Source: an uncultured Pseudomonadota bacterium
GTDB taxonomy: Bacteria; Pseudomonadota; Alphaproteobacteria; Rs-D84
DNA length: 64,000 bases
Reading direction: 5' to 3'
Assembly (NCBI GenBank): GCA_949296475.1
Contig: CASFOK010000011.1
Span: 2,300 to 66,299 of the forward strand
This document shows, piece after piece, positions 54,769-62,588 of the stretch. Made by a program: the position numbers and the translations under genes. The notes beneath the pieces are model-generated. The model ran no database searches, was not told the DNA's origin, and saw only the letters and a list, made by a program, of their open reading frames with translations. How positions within the stretch are numbered: the stretch's first letter is position 1; every line of letters begins with the position of its first letter.

Positions 54769-56532
54769 TTAAACCGCGATATCCTCTATAAAGAATTGTG
54801 CGCTGATGCGACCGTTATAGTTATTTTCTTTTAACTTGCCCAACAATTTTATTTTAGTGTTTACATTCGCATCGTCCAGTAAAAAATCACCGACGGGCGT
54901 ACCTACCAGATTAAAAGCAACAAAAGGTAATTGACCGCCATTACTTGTTGTAACCGCGCCACGTAAATGATTACCCTTGCCCATTACACTGGCATATCGT
55001 AACACAGCCCCATGCAACACCAAAGTTGGTTCTGGATTCCCCTGTCCGAACGGTTCTAATGCAGACATTTTTTCTACTAAACTCATATTTGCGCTGCCTG
55101 CATCTAATTCAGCATCAACAAAAATTTCTTGATGCGGCATTTCGCCGTGCAATTGATTTTTGACGGCCTGCTCTAGAAACTCGCAAAAGGCGCTTTCGTT
55201 TTCCGCAGGCAAAGAAAAACCTGCCGCGGCCGCATGACCGCCACCTTCTGACAACACCCCTTGTGCCAACGCGTCGTGAATAATTTGTCCAAGATCTATC
55301 CCCGGTATAGAACGGCCAGACCCATTAATTATACCGTCACAACGGGTAGCAACACAAGACGGTAAATTATATTTATCTTTTAATCTACCCGCAATTATTC
55401 CCATTACACCGCCATGCCAGTTATCACCGCAAACGAACAAACTACAATGTCCTGCATCACAACATTTTTTTGCCAAGTCGTTTGCAGATATCATTATCGC
55501 GTTTTGTATATCTATACGTTCTTGATTCATTGTATGTAATTTTTGCGCCAAATCACGAGCAATTAATGGATTATCTGTCAACAATAATTCCAACGCCGGC
55601 GTGGCAGAATCCAAACGTCCCGCTGCATTCAACCTGGGCCCCAAAGCAAACCCAGCCGCATATACAGACGGCTTTTTTATACCTGCAACATCCATTAACA
55701 CGCACAGCCCCAAATTATTACGTAAACCTAAAACTTTTAATCCTGTTGCAACAAAAGCGCGATTAAGACCAATTAATGGCATTGTATCGCAAATTGTCCC
55801 CAACGCGACCAAATCCAAATAATTCATCAAATTCGTATTTTCTATTTTTTCTTTAAGCGATGCATCTGTAACGCATGATTTCAGTTCACGACGCAACCCG
55901 ACCAATGTCAAAAAGGCAACGCCGACACCGGCAAGATAAGACAACTCAGACGTATCATCTGCCCTTTTAGGGTTTATAACAGCGTCTGCATTTGGCAAAG
56001 AAATATCTGGCGAATGATGGTCTGTAACAACAACTTTCATACCCAAAGACTTTGCATATTCAACTTCTGCTATGCCGCTAATTCCGCAATCAACAGTGAT
56101 TAATAACTTTGCGCCGTTGTTGTAAATATCATCTATGGCACTTTTATTTAATCCGTACCCTTCACCTTCCCTTGTTGGCAAATGCCAAATAACATCCGCA
56201 CCTAATGTACGTAAATATTTCACAAAAATTGCCGTAGCAGTTATACCGTCTACATCGTAATCACCATATATGGCGATTTTTTCACCCGACATCAAAGAAT
56301 TTGCAATGATCTTCGTTGCCTTATCCATATCTGATAAAACAGATGGGTCCGGCATATACTCTTTTATGGTAGGATTCAAAAATTTTTCCATTGCCGCAAT
56401 ATCAGTAATACCACGGCTACTTAAAATATTTTGAACTAAGTTATCCGCCTGATGTGTGTTATATGTATCACCAGGATATGTCACAACTGTCCAGGCTTTA
56501 CCCAGCATGGACTTATCTACGATATTCTTCAC
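54769..56532 (-). CDS. recJ: Single-stranded-DNA-specific exonuclease RecJ
   Basis: YGDYDVDGITA, VTDHH, GGGHAAAAG, and a C-terminal OB-like region. 587 aa. Confidence 0.92.
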   Translation of the reverse strand: MKNIVDKSMLGKAWTVVTYPGDTYNTHQADNLVQNILSSRGITDIAAMEKFLNPTIKEYMPDPSVLSDMDKATKIIANSLMSGEKIAIYGDYDVDGITATAIFVKYLRTLGADVIWHLPTREGEGYGLNKSAIDDIYNNGAKLLITVDCGISGIAEVEYAKSLGMKVVVTDHHSPDISLPNADAVINPKRADDTSELSYLAGVGVAFLTLVGLRRELKSCVTDASLKEKIENTNLMNYLDLVALGTICDTMPLIGLNRAFVATGLKVLGLRNNLGLCVLMDVAGIKKPSVYAAGFALGPRLNAAGRLDSATPALELLLTDNPLIARDLAQKLHTMNQERIDIQNAIMISANDLAKKCCDAGHCSLFVCGDNWHGGVMGIIAGRLKDKYNLPSCVATRCDGIINGSGRSIPGIDLGQIIHDALAQGVLSEGGGHAAAAGFSLPAENESAFCEFLEQAVKNQLHGEMPHQEIFVDAELDAGSANMSLVEKMSALEPFGQGNPEPTLVLHGAVLRYASVMGKGNHLRGAVTTSNGGQLPFVAFNLVGTPVGDFLLDDANVNTKIKLLGKLKENNYNGRISAQFFIEDIAV

Positions 56533-56575
56533 GCTATACTCTTTTTTTATTATCGTAGATAATTATATCCAAAAT

Positions 56576-58201
56576 TTATTCAAATAGCAACGGCAGGATA
56601 CTATCAAGAATCTTTCCGGCGGTTGGCACCGCATTCCAAGCAGCAGTTCTAAGTCCGAAAGATTCTTTTGTTCCCTTTGGTTCATCCAACACAACCAATA
56701 TCGTATACTGAGGGGCGGCGACGGGGAATATCCCAACAAAAGCGGTTAAATTTTTCTTACGATCGGCATGCCCGTTTACATATTTTTCTGCAGTTGCGGT
56801 TTTTCCACCAATTTGAATTCCTGCAATTCTTGCTTGCTTACCGCTGGTTTCTTCGGCGATTCGTAACATAATTCCACGCAATCTTTCAGATATTTCACTT
56901 GATAAAACCCGTTCACCCTTTACAACGCCTACATTACGTTTTAAAAGCGTTGGATATATGTATATTCCGCCATTGGTCATAGAATTTACCGCCAACAACA
57001 AATGCATAGGCGTAACAGATATACCATGCCCAAAAGATACCGTTGCCCGTTCAACAGGGCCCCATTTAGCAGGCATAAGCGGTCTTTCTGTTTTTCCGAA
57101 CTCCAACGAAAGAGGTGCATCCAGATGTATTCTATGAAAGAACTCTTGCTGAGTGCCATCAGGTAAATCCAGCGCAATTTGTGCACTACCTGCATTGCAG
57201 GAATGCAACATTATTTCTTCCACCGTTAAGTTAGGCCGAGGCGGTTTAAAACTGCTAACATCGCCGATTCTTGCTGCTGTTCTGCCAAATTTATCGGGTA
57301 TCTTAAACGGCTCTGCGATATAATATTCTTTATTTATACCGTTTTCCATGGCCATAGCGGTATTAAATACCTTGAATATTGATCCCATTTCAAAAACACC
57401 ACGCAATGGTTTAAACATTCTATTTGCAACAGGGTCCAAACCTATGTTTTCAGGGTCAAAATCCGGTAAAGATACCATGGCTATCATTTCACCGGTACGC
57501 GAATTAATCAGCAATCCCATTGCGGCCTTTGCTTGATACTTTTGCATTGCAAAAGACAGTTGCTCGTAAAACACAGATTGAATGCGTGCATCCAATGATA
57601 ACTGCAATGGGTCCCTGTTTTCACTAAGGTAATCATCATAAGTACGTTCAACGCCTTCCAATCCATGTCCATCGTTACCGACGAAACCAACCACATGTGA
57701 AAACAACCTGCGCTTTGGATATCTGCGCGTTTGAATAGGTTCTATTTCCAAGCCCTGCAATTTCGCTTTTGCGATAATATCACGTTGGGCATCGCTGGCA
57801 TATTTCTTTACATATATGAATCTTCGTGAAGAATTAACCAACTGCAAGGCCTCATTCAAAGAATATTCATATGGCAATGCTTTATGAATTGTTTCTGCGA
57901 CTTTATCCCTATCTGTGACAACTGGCGGTCGCAAAGTTATATGACCAGACATTACATTCTTGGCCAATATATCACCATTTCTATCAACTATGTCAGCACG
58001 TTGAACCAGCCAAGCGCCATCTGCACCCGCCAACCGAGACCTGTCTGTTCCCTGTATTCCCAACCATAACGTACGAACGGTAAAGATAACAAAAGCGATT
58101 ATAAACAATGAATATATAAAACGAAGGCGTCGCCGTGCGACAACGTCGCCGCCGATTCCTTTAAACCCATGCTTAAAAATATCCTTTCCTACTTCAAACA
58201 T
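56576..58201 (-). CDS. ftsI: Class B penicillin-binding protein, division transpeptidase (FtsI/PBP3-like)
   Basis: N-terminal anchor and dimerisation domain. SxxK = SIFK, SxN = SCN. The third motif reads KTA (GGKTATAE) instead of KTG. It follows an ftsL-like gene. Confidence 0.85.
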   Translation of the reverse strand: MFEVGKDIFKHGFKGIGGDVVARRRLRFIYSLFIIAFVIFTVRTLWLGIQGTDRSRLAGADGAWLVQRADIVDRNGDILAKNVMSGHITLRPPVVTDRDKVAETIHKALPYEYSLNEALQLVNSSRRFIYVKKYASDAQRDIIAKAKLQGLEIEPIQTRRYPKRRLFSHVVGFVGNDGHGLEGVERTYDDYLSENRDPLQLSLDARIQSVFYEQLSFAMQKYQAKAAMGLLINSRTGEMIAMVSLPDFDPENIGLDPVANRMFKPLRGVFEMGSIFKVFNTAMAMENGINKEYYIAEPFKIPDKFGRTAARIGDVSSFKPPRPNLTVEEIMLHSCNAGSAQIALDLPDGTQQEFFHRIHLDAPLSLEFGKTERPLMPAKWGPVERATVSFGHGISVTPMHLLLAVNSMTNGGIYIYPTLLKRNVGVVKGERVLSSEISERLRGIMLRIAEETSGKQARIAGIQIGGKTATAEKYVNGHADRKKNLTAFVGIFPVAAPQYTILVVLDEPKGTKESFGLRTAAWNAVPTAGKILDSILPLLFE

Positions 58202-58204
58202 ATA

Positions 58205-58498
58205 TTAGTTCTGTTCCCTATTCGGTAAATCGTCTATGGCGACGGATTTATGAAAACTGATGACTTCTGTTTTTGGGTAAACGCTGACGACCAAGTTTCT
58301 TAAAATTTCCGGTCTGACATAAGACGCAAAATTTGCCTGCGCAACCGCTATTTCTTGTTGTGTTTGAACAATTTCGGCACGAACGCGATTTCTCGCCCGG
58401 TTCTGAGTTCTATAACAAACCTGTAAAACGGCGGCCAAAACAGACACCAATATACACGCCCATAACCCAAATTGAAACATTTTCTCGTCTTCGCCCAT
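58205..58498 (-). CDS. ftsL: FtsL-like small bitopic cell-division protein
   Basis: One TM (LWACILVSVLAAVLQV) followed by a short coiled-coil-like tail. Positioned immediately upstream of ftsI. The start could be Met7. Confidence 0.55.
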   Translation of the reverse strand: MGEDEKMFQFGLWACILVSVLAAVLQVCYRTQNRARNRVRAEIVQTQQEIAVAQANFASYVRPEILRNLVVSVYPKTEVISFHKSVAIDDLPNREQN

Positions 58499-58535
58499 TT
58501 TTACAAACGCCCCTATGAATTCTTCACTAAGTGTA

Positions 58536-58898
58536 TCATAAATTTTGTAAAAAACGAATCATTGAATTAACGCCTGCTAACCGCCCCGTACCTAAATTGA
58601 TATTCAGACTATGAAATTCTGCGTCTAAATCCATTTTTTTTATATCGGCCGGACTCTTTCCGTCAACCATCGCAGTTATAATTGCGACTATGCCGCGAAC
58701 TAAAACCGAATCGGCCCGCCCGTAAAAATTGTTACCATCTATACAAATTTCTGCCCGCGATGCGCATCCTACTATTTCATGACAAGTGACTGTATCGGGC
58801 ACTTTTGGCATATTTTTTCCAAAATCCATGACCATTTCCAGTTTTTCAACGGGGTCAGATATCAAAGACAAAATATTTTTCATTTCGGCATAAGTCAT
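58536..58898 (-). CDS. sufE: Cysteine desulfuration protein SufE
   Basis: The V.GC.S...I....DG..F.G.ADS.LVRG..A.I.....GK....I pattern includes the conserved GC(A/Q)S Cys. Start trimmed to ATG 58898, 2 nt after the upstream stop. Confidence 0.75.
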   Translation of the reverse strand: MTYAEMKNILSLISDPVEKLEMVMDFGKNMPKVPDTVTCHEIVGCASRAEICIDGNNFYGRADSVLVRGIVAIITAMVDGKSPADIKKMDLDAEFHSLNINLGTGRLAGVNSMIRFLQNL

Positions 58899-58900
58899 GT

Positions 58901-59215
58901 CTACCACCCCTGCTCTGTTAAATCTAATTCCAGACGCGCTGCTTCCGACATACGCGATAAATCCCACGGTGGATTCCAAACCAAGTTCACTTTTACAACT
59001 CTGCCACCAGCGACGTTTTCCACCTCTGCCCTGACTTGTTCCAATAAATCTTCCATCATCGGACAAGTTGGACTTGTGAAGGTCATATTTATGATAATTT
59101 CCGAATCATTTATCAAAACATCATAAATCAAACCCAAGTCCCATATATTTACCGGTATTTCTGGGTCATATATATTTTTTAAAACGGCAATTATGTCATC
59201 TTTTGTTACATTCAT
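58901..59215 (-). CDS. sufT: DUF59 / MIP18-family Fe-S assembly protein (SufT/PaaD-like)
   Basis: L..IYDPEIPVNIWDLGLIY...... followed by TFTSPTCPM. 104 aa. Confidence 0.8.
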   Translation of the reverse strand: MNVTKDDIIAVLKNIYDPEIPVNIWDLGLIYDVLINDSEIIINMTFTSPTCPMMEDLLEQVRAEVENVAGGRVVKVNLVWNPPWDLSRMSEAARLELDLTEQGW

Positions 59216-59216
59216 T

Positions 59217-60359
59217 TTACTTCACAATATTTTCTATTATATCAGCAACGGCAATAATTTCTTCTTTTGTATTCCAAGACCCAACCGATATACGAACAGA
59301 ACCGGGAATACCTATTAATTTATGAATCCAACTTGCACACATATTACCTACCCGCAAGCACACATTACGAGCACCAATCAAAGCCCCAAAATCCAACGCA
59401 TGCATGTCTTTTATATAAAAACTAAGCATACATGCATCGCGCGATGTAATTATTTGTATACGACTGTTTTTATTTAGTCTGTCATACAAATATTTTATTA
59501 AATCCAAGTTGGGCCGGTTTGCACAAAGGTGATTAATCGCCGCCGGCAACCCAATAATTTGTGTTACTGGTAACGTACCCGCCTCAAACTTAGCGGGCGC
59601 AGGCTCCCATTGCAGAGAATAATGATTATTTACCGCACTACCTGTTATTCTAGCGATCATCCCTCCACCGAATTTATCTGGTGAAACCCAACGGTCTGGA
59701 TTTTTTATATACATCACACCAAGTCCCGTATCAGCACCTATTTTATGCGCAGAAAAGCACATAAAATCACAATCCCATTTTTGTACATCTATTTCATTAT
59801 GTACCACATACTGGGCTGCATCAACGATTGTAATTACGTCAGGATTTTTTTTACGTGCCGCTGCAACTAAACTCGCAACATCTTGCGGTGTTCCTAAAAC
59901 ATTAGACATAGCGGTAATCACAAAAACATCAGCCTTAGGTAAATCTGCATCCACTAAATTATATTTCGCATCTAACGGACACAAAACTATTTTACACGCC
60001 ATAGATTCCCGCAAGACCTCAAACGGTAAACGTGCGGAATGGTGGTCTAGGTCCGATACCATTATAGTTTTATTTTTTAAAGAATCGCCACAAACAGAAT
60101 CGTTAATTATTCTTGCTATTCTATTCATACCATCTGTTGTGCCTGCAGTAAAAACAATTTGTTCGGGTGATTTTGCGCCTATAAAATCTGCAACTTTTTT
60201 GCGAGCCTCGGCAATTTTATCGTCAACGGCAATCGCCCGCGCACAAATGCCCCGCCCTGCATTAGCATACGAATCACGCAAAAAATCGGTTTCCGCTTTT
60301 ATAACAGATTCGGGCTTCAAAGCGCTGGCGGCTGCATCTAAGTATATGATATTATTCAT
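59217..60359 (-). CDS. sufS: Cysteine desulfurase, SufS/CsdA class
   Basis: IYLDAAAS, PLP-Lys motif FSAHKIGADTGLG, active-site loop RVGNMCA. Start trimmed to ATG 60359; the upstream 119 open codons are antisense to trxA. Confidence 0.85.
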   Translation of the reverse strand: MNNIIYLDAAASALKPESVIKAETDFLRDSYANAGRGICARAIAVDDKIAEARKKVADFIGAKSPEQIVFTAGTTDGMNRIARIINDSVCGDSLKNKTIMVSDLDHHSARLPFEVLRESMACKIVLCPLDAKYNLVDADLPKADVFVITAMSNVLGTPQDVASLVAAARKKNPDVITIVDAAQYVVHNEIDVQKWDCDFMCFSAHKIGADTGLGVMYIKNPDRWVSPDKFGGGMIARITGSAVNNHYSLQWEPAPAKFEAGTLPVTQIIGLPAAINHLCANRPNLDLIKYLYDRLNKNSRIQIITSRDACMLSFYIKDMHALDFGALIGARNVCLRVGNMCASWIHKLIGIPGSVRISVGSWNTKEEIIAVADIIENIVK

Positions 60360-60432
60360 TTTATGATTTCTCTTGCATTTTATGCTGATTATAATACACT
60401 CCTGGCAAATATCAATAACGAAGGAGAAAAAG

Positions 60433-60753
60433 ATGGCACTAGAACATGCAAATGACGCAAATTTCGCATCTTTATTAGGACAAGGCATAACATTGGTTGA
60501 TTTTTGGGCGTCTTGGTGTGGTCCTTGTCGTATGTTTGGTCCGATATTTGAATCCGCCTCAGAAAAAATAACGGATGTAAAATTCGTAAAGTTTGAAATA
60601 GACGAATCAAACAGACGCACACCCGCAAAATACGGCATTCGCAGCATACCCAGCGTTCTGGCCTTTCGTAACGGTGAATTAATAGAAGCAAGAACCGGCT
60701 TAATGGATGAAGACACCTTGACGGTTTGGATTAATGAATTAAAAGGAGTCTGA
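60433..60753 (+). CDS. trxA: Thioredoxin
   Basis: AAGGAG SD, ATG 60433, active site WASWCGPC. 106 aa. Confidence 0.93.
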   Translation: MALEHANDANFASLLGQGITLVDFWASWCGPCRMFGPIFESASEKITDVKFVKFEIDESNRRTPAKYGIRSIPSVLAFRNGELIEARTGLMDEDTLTVWINELKGV

Positions 60754-60755
60754 AA

Positions 60756-61190
60756 ATGGCAACAAAAGCAAAAAATTATAAAAATATTGAATTACCGGAA
60801 AAATACGTTCCAAAAAAGTCTGAGCCTTATATGTGTCCAGAACACTTGGCATATTTTTATAAAATATTAACAGCACAAAAAGAAGAAATTATACAAGACA
60901 GCGATTCTGTACTTAGCGCCGTTAGATTAACAGAAAAAAATGAAAATTCCAGCGTCGGCGACGAATCAGATAACGCCGTTGCAGAACAAGATATTACAAT
61001 GAATCTACGCATGTCTGAACGCGATAATAACCTGCTGAAAAAAATCAACAGCGCACTGGAAAGAATTGACAATGGTACATTTGGTTACAGTGTCGTGTCG
61101 GGTGAACCGATTGGTTTATCCAGAATGTTGGCAAGACCGCTGGCAACATTAACCATAGAAGAACAAGAAGAACACGAAAAACGTGAATAA
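60756..61190 (+). CDS. dksA: DksA/TraR-family RNA-polymerase-binding regulator lacking the 4-Cys zinc finger
   Basis: Coiled-coil region with a D..D tip (DESDNAVAEQD) and I..AL.RI..GT.GY. The CxxC...CxxC positions read S..S...T..E/Q. Confidence 0.7.
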   Translation: MATKAKNYKNIELPEKYVPKKSEPYMCPEHLAYFYKILTAQKEEIIQDSDSVLSAVRLTEKNENSSVGDESDNAVAEQDITMNLRMSERDNNLLKKINSALERIDNGTFGYSVVSGEPIGLSRMLARPLATLTIEEQEEHEKRE

Positions 61191-61194
61191 GAAA

Positions 61195-61226
61195 TAAAAA
61201 ACGCCGACTTTTATCGGCGTTTTTTA
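61195..61226. terminator. Bidirectional terminator between dksA and tatA
   Basis: aaaaaCGCCGActtttaTCGGCGttttt. Confidence 0.7.
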
Positions 61227-61229
61227 GTA

Positions 61230-61487
61230 TTATATAACGTCTTTATTTTTTCTTTGGCTTTTAGATGTCTTTACAGACTTAGCAACTTGTTTTTTTGCGG
61301 GATTTTTTTTCACCGTTTGTTTTTTTTCTGTGACATCTGGTTGTTTTTTACCCTTCAATTCTTTTTTGAAAATATTAATACCATCGGCCAGATTTTTCAT
61401 CATACCCGGAATTTTATTATGACCAAACAATATTAATATCAAAACAACTATTACTAATATTTCAGCCCAACCAAAACGTCCAAACAT
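61230..61487 (-). CDS. tatA: Twin-arginine translocase subunit TatA/E
   Basis: MFGRFGWAEILVIVVLILILFG..K.P followed by a basic tail. 85 aa. Confidence 0.85.
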   Translation of the reverse strand: MFGRFGWAEILVIVVLILILFGHNKIPGMMKNLADGINIFKKELKGKKQPDVTEKKQTVKKNPAKKQVAKSVKTSKSQRKNKDVI

Positions 61488-61499
61488 TTATATCCCCTT

Positions 61500-62306
61500 T
61501 TATTTTGCAACATAACAATCTAAGCCATCAGACTTTGCATTGCGACAAAATCCATTTGCCTCACCCGAAGAAGAAAACGCGATACGTAATCTGTACGTTG
61601 TTTTTCCGTCTGGCAGAACGGCCGCCAATATAACAAACTGTTTACCAGCGAACAAACTTTGATGCCCCGACCGGATTTGTTTTTGCGCGTTTTCTGCCAA
61701 AGCCCTTGTACTATACGACCCAAACTGTACATACCAGCTGCCCTTTGGTGCCGTTTGAACTTTTGGTGCGGTCTTTTTTGCAGCGGTTTTCTTTGCAGCA
61801 GGCTTTGTTGCAGGTTTCGCCGCTTGTTTTGTAGTCTCTACCTTATCGGGATTGAAAGTAACTTCTTTTCTATCTTCCACCACACGAACAGGTGCACTTG
61901 GATTAGCCTGTACATTTTCAACTTTTGGTGCTGGTGCAGGCTCTGTTACCGGTTGCGCAACAGGTTTTACTTCTGGCGCCTTGTTTGGTACCGGCGCAGG
62001 TGCCCCTGCCCCGACATTAACAGGTACAGGCGCGGCGTTTGTGTCAACAGGTACCGCCGGCGCATTTTCACCGTCTACGACAACCGCGGGCGCATCTAAA
62101 TCAATTTCCACTGACGATGAAGAATCCCCACCAATAACACGAATAATTATGTAGGTTGCCAATACTATTGCTACCAAGCCGACACCCAGCAATAACCAAG
62201 GTTTTTTCGGACGTGGCGACGCAAACTGTGACGTTTCCGGCAATGTATCCATGGATTCTGTATCATCATTTAAATCCAATAAATCCAAGTTATCATCATT
62301 ATTCAT
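61500..62306 (-). CDS. SPOR-domain protein (bitopic, Pro/Ala-rich linker)
   Basis: Acidic N-terminus, TM (WLLLGVGLVAIVLATYIII), PA-rich linker, and a C-terminal SPOR pattern WYVQFGSYS....A........ Confidence 0.75.
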   Translation of the reverse strand: MNNDDNLDLLDLNDDTESMDTLPETSQFASPRPKKPWLLLGVGLVAIVLATYIIIRVIGGDSSSSVEIDLDAPAVVVDGENAPAVPVDTNAAPVPVNVGAGAPAPVPNKAPEVKPVAQPVTEPAPAPKVENVQANPSAPVRVVEDRKEVTFNPDKVETTKQAAKPATKPAAKKTAAKKTAPKVQTAPKGSWYVQFGSYSTRALAENAQKQIRSGHQSLFAGKQFVILAAVLPDGKTTYRLRIAFSSSGEANGFCRNAKSDGLDCYVAK

Positions 62307-62379
62307 CAGGACTCTCCCTATGTTCGTTATTTAGCTATATTATACCACAAAAAAGCCAGATAACAAAAAATATATGCAA

Positions 62380-62523
62380 TTATTTTGGCATTTGACCAAA
62401 ATTAGGCGGGACAATTAATTTATGATTTTCTTCTACTATTGGTTCCGTCTCACACTTTGTTGCGCATGCAGATAAAACCATTGGTGTTATCAAAACCGTT
62501 AATACTAACAAGACTTTTTTCAT
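62380..62523 (-). CDS. Small lipoprotein (47 aa), absent from the ORF track
   Basis: Hand translation gives MKKVLLVLTVLITPMVLSACATKCETEPIVEENHKLIVPPNFGQMPK*. Lipobox LSAC. ATG at 62523-62521 behind GGAAG. Confidence 0.45.
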   Translation of the reverse strand: MKKVLLVLTVLITPMVLSACATKCETEPIVEENHKLIVPPNFGQMPK

Positions 62524-62588
62524 ATAACTTCCTTTCTGTTTAATTTATCGCCGGCACATACAAAATGTATGCGCCAGCAACGTTTAGA

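Noticed and set aside
60360-60716. 5' extension of the sufS ORF (499-aa form) and the minus-strand ORF 60389-60691
   Set aside because: This region is antisense to trxA, which has a perfect WCGPC site and SD. SufS homology begins at MNNIIYLDAAAS.
61659-62154. Plus-strand ORFs 61659-62099 and 61852-62154
   Set aside because: They are antisense to the Pro/Ala-rich linker of the SPOR protein, and their translations are compositionally driven.
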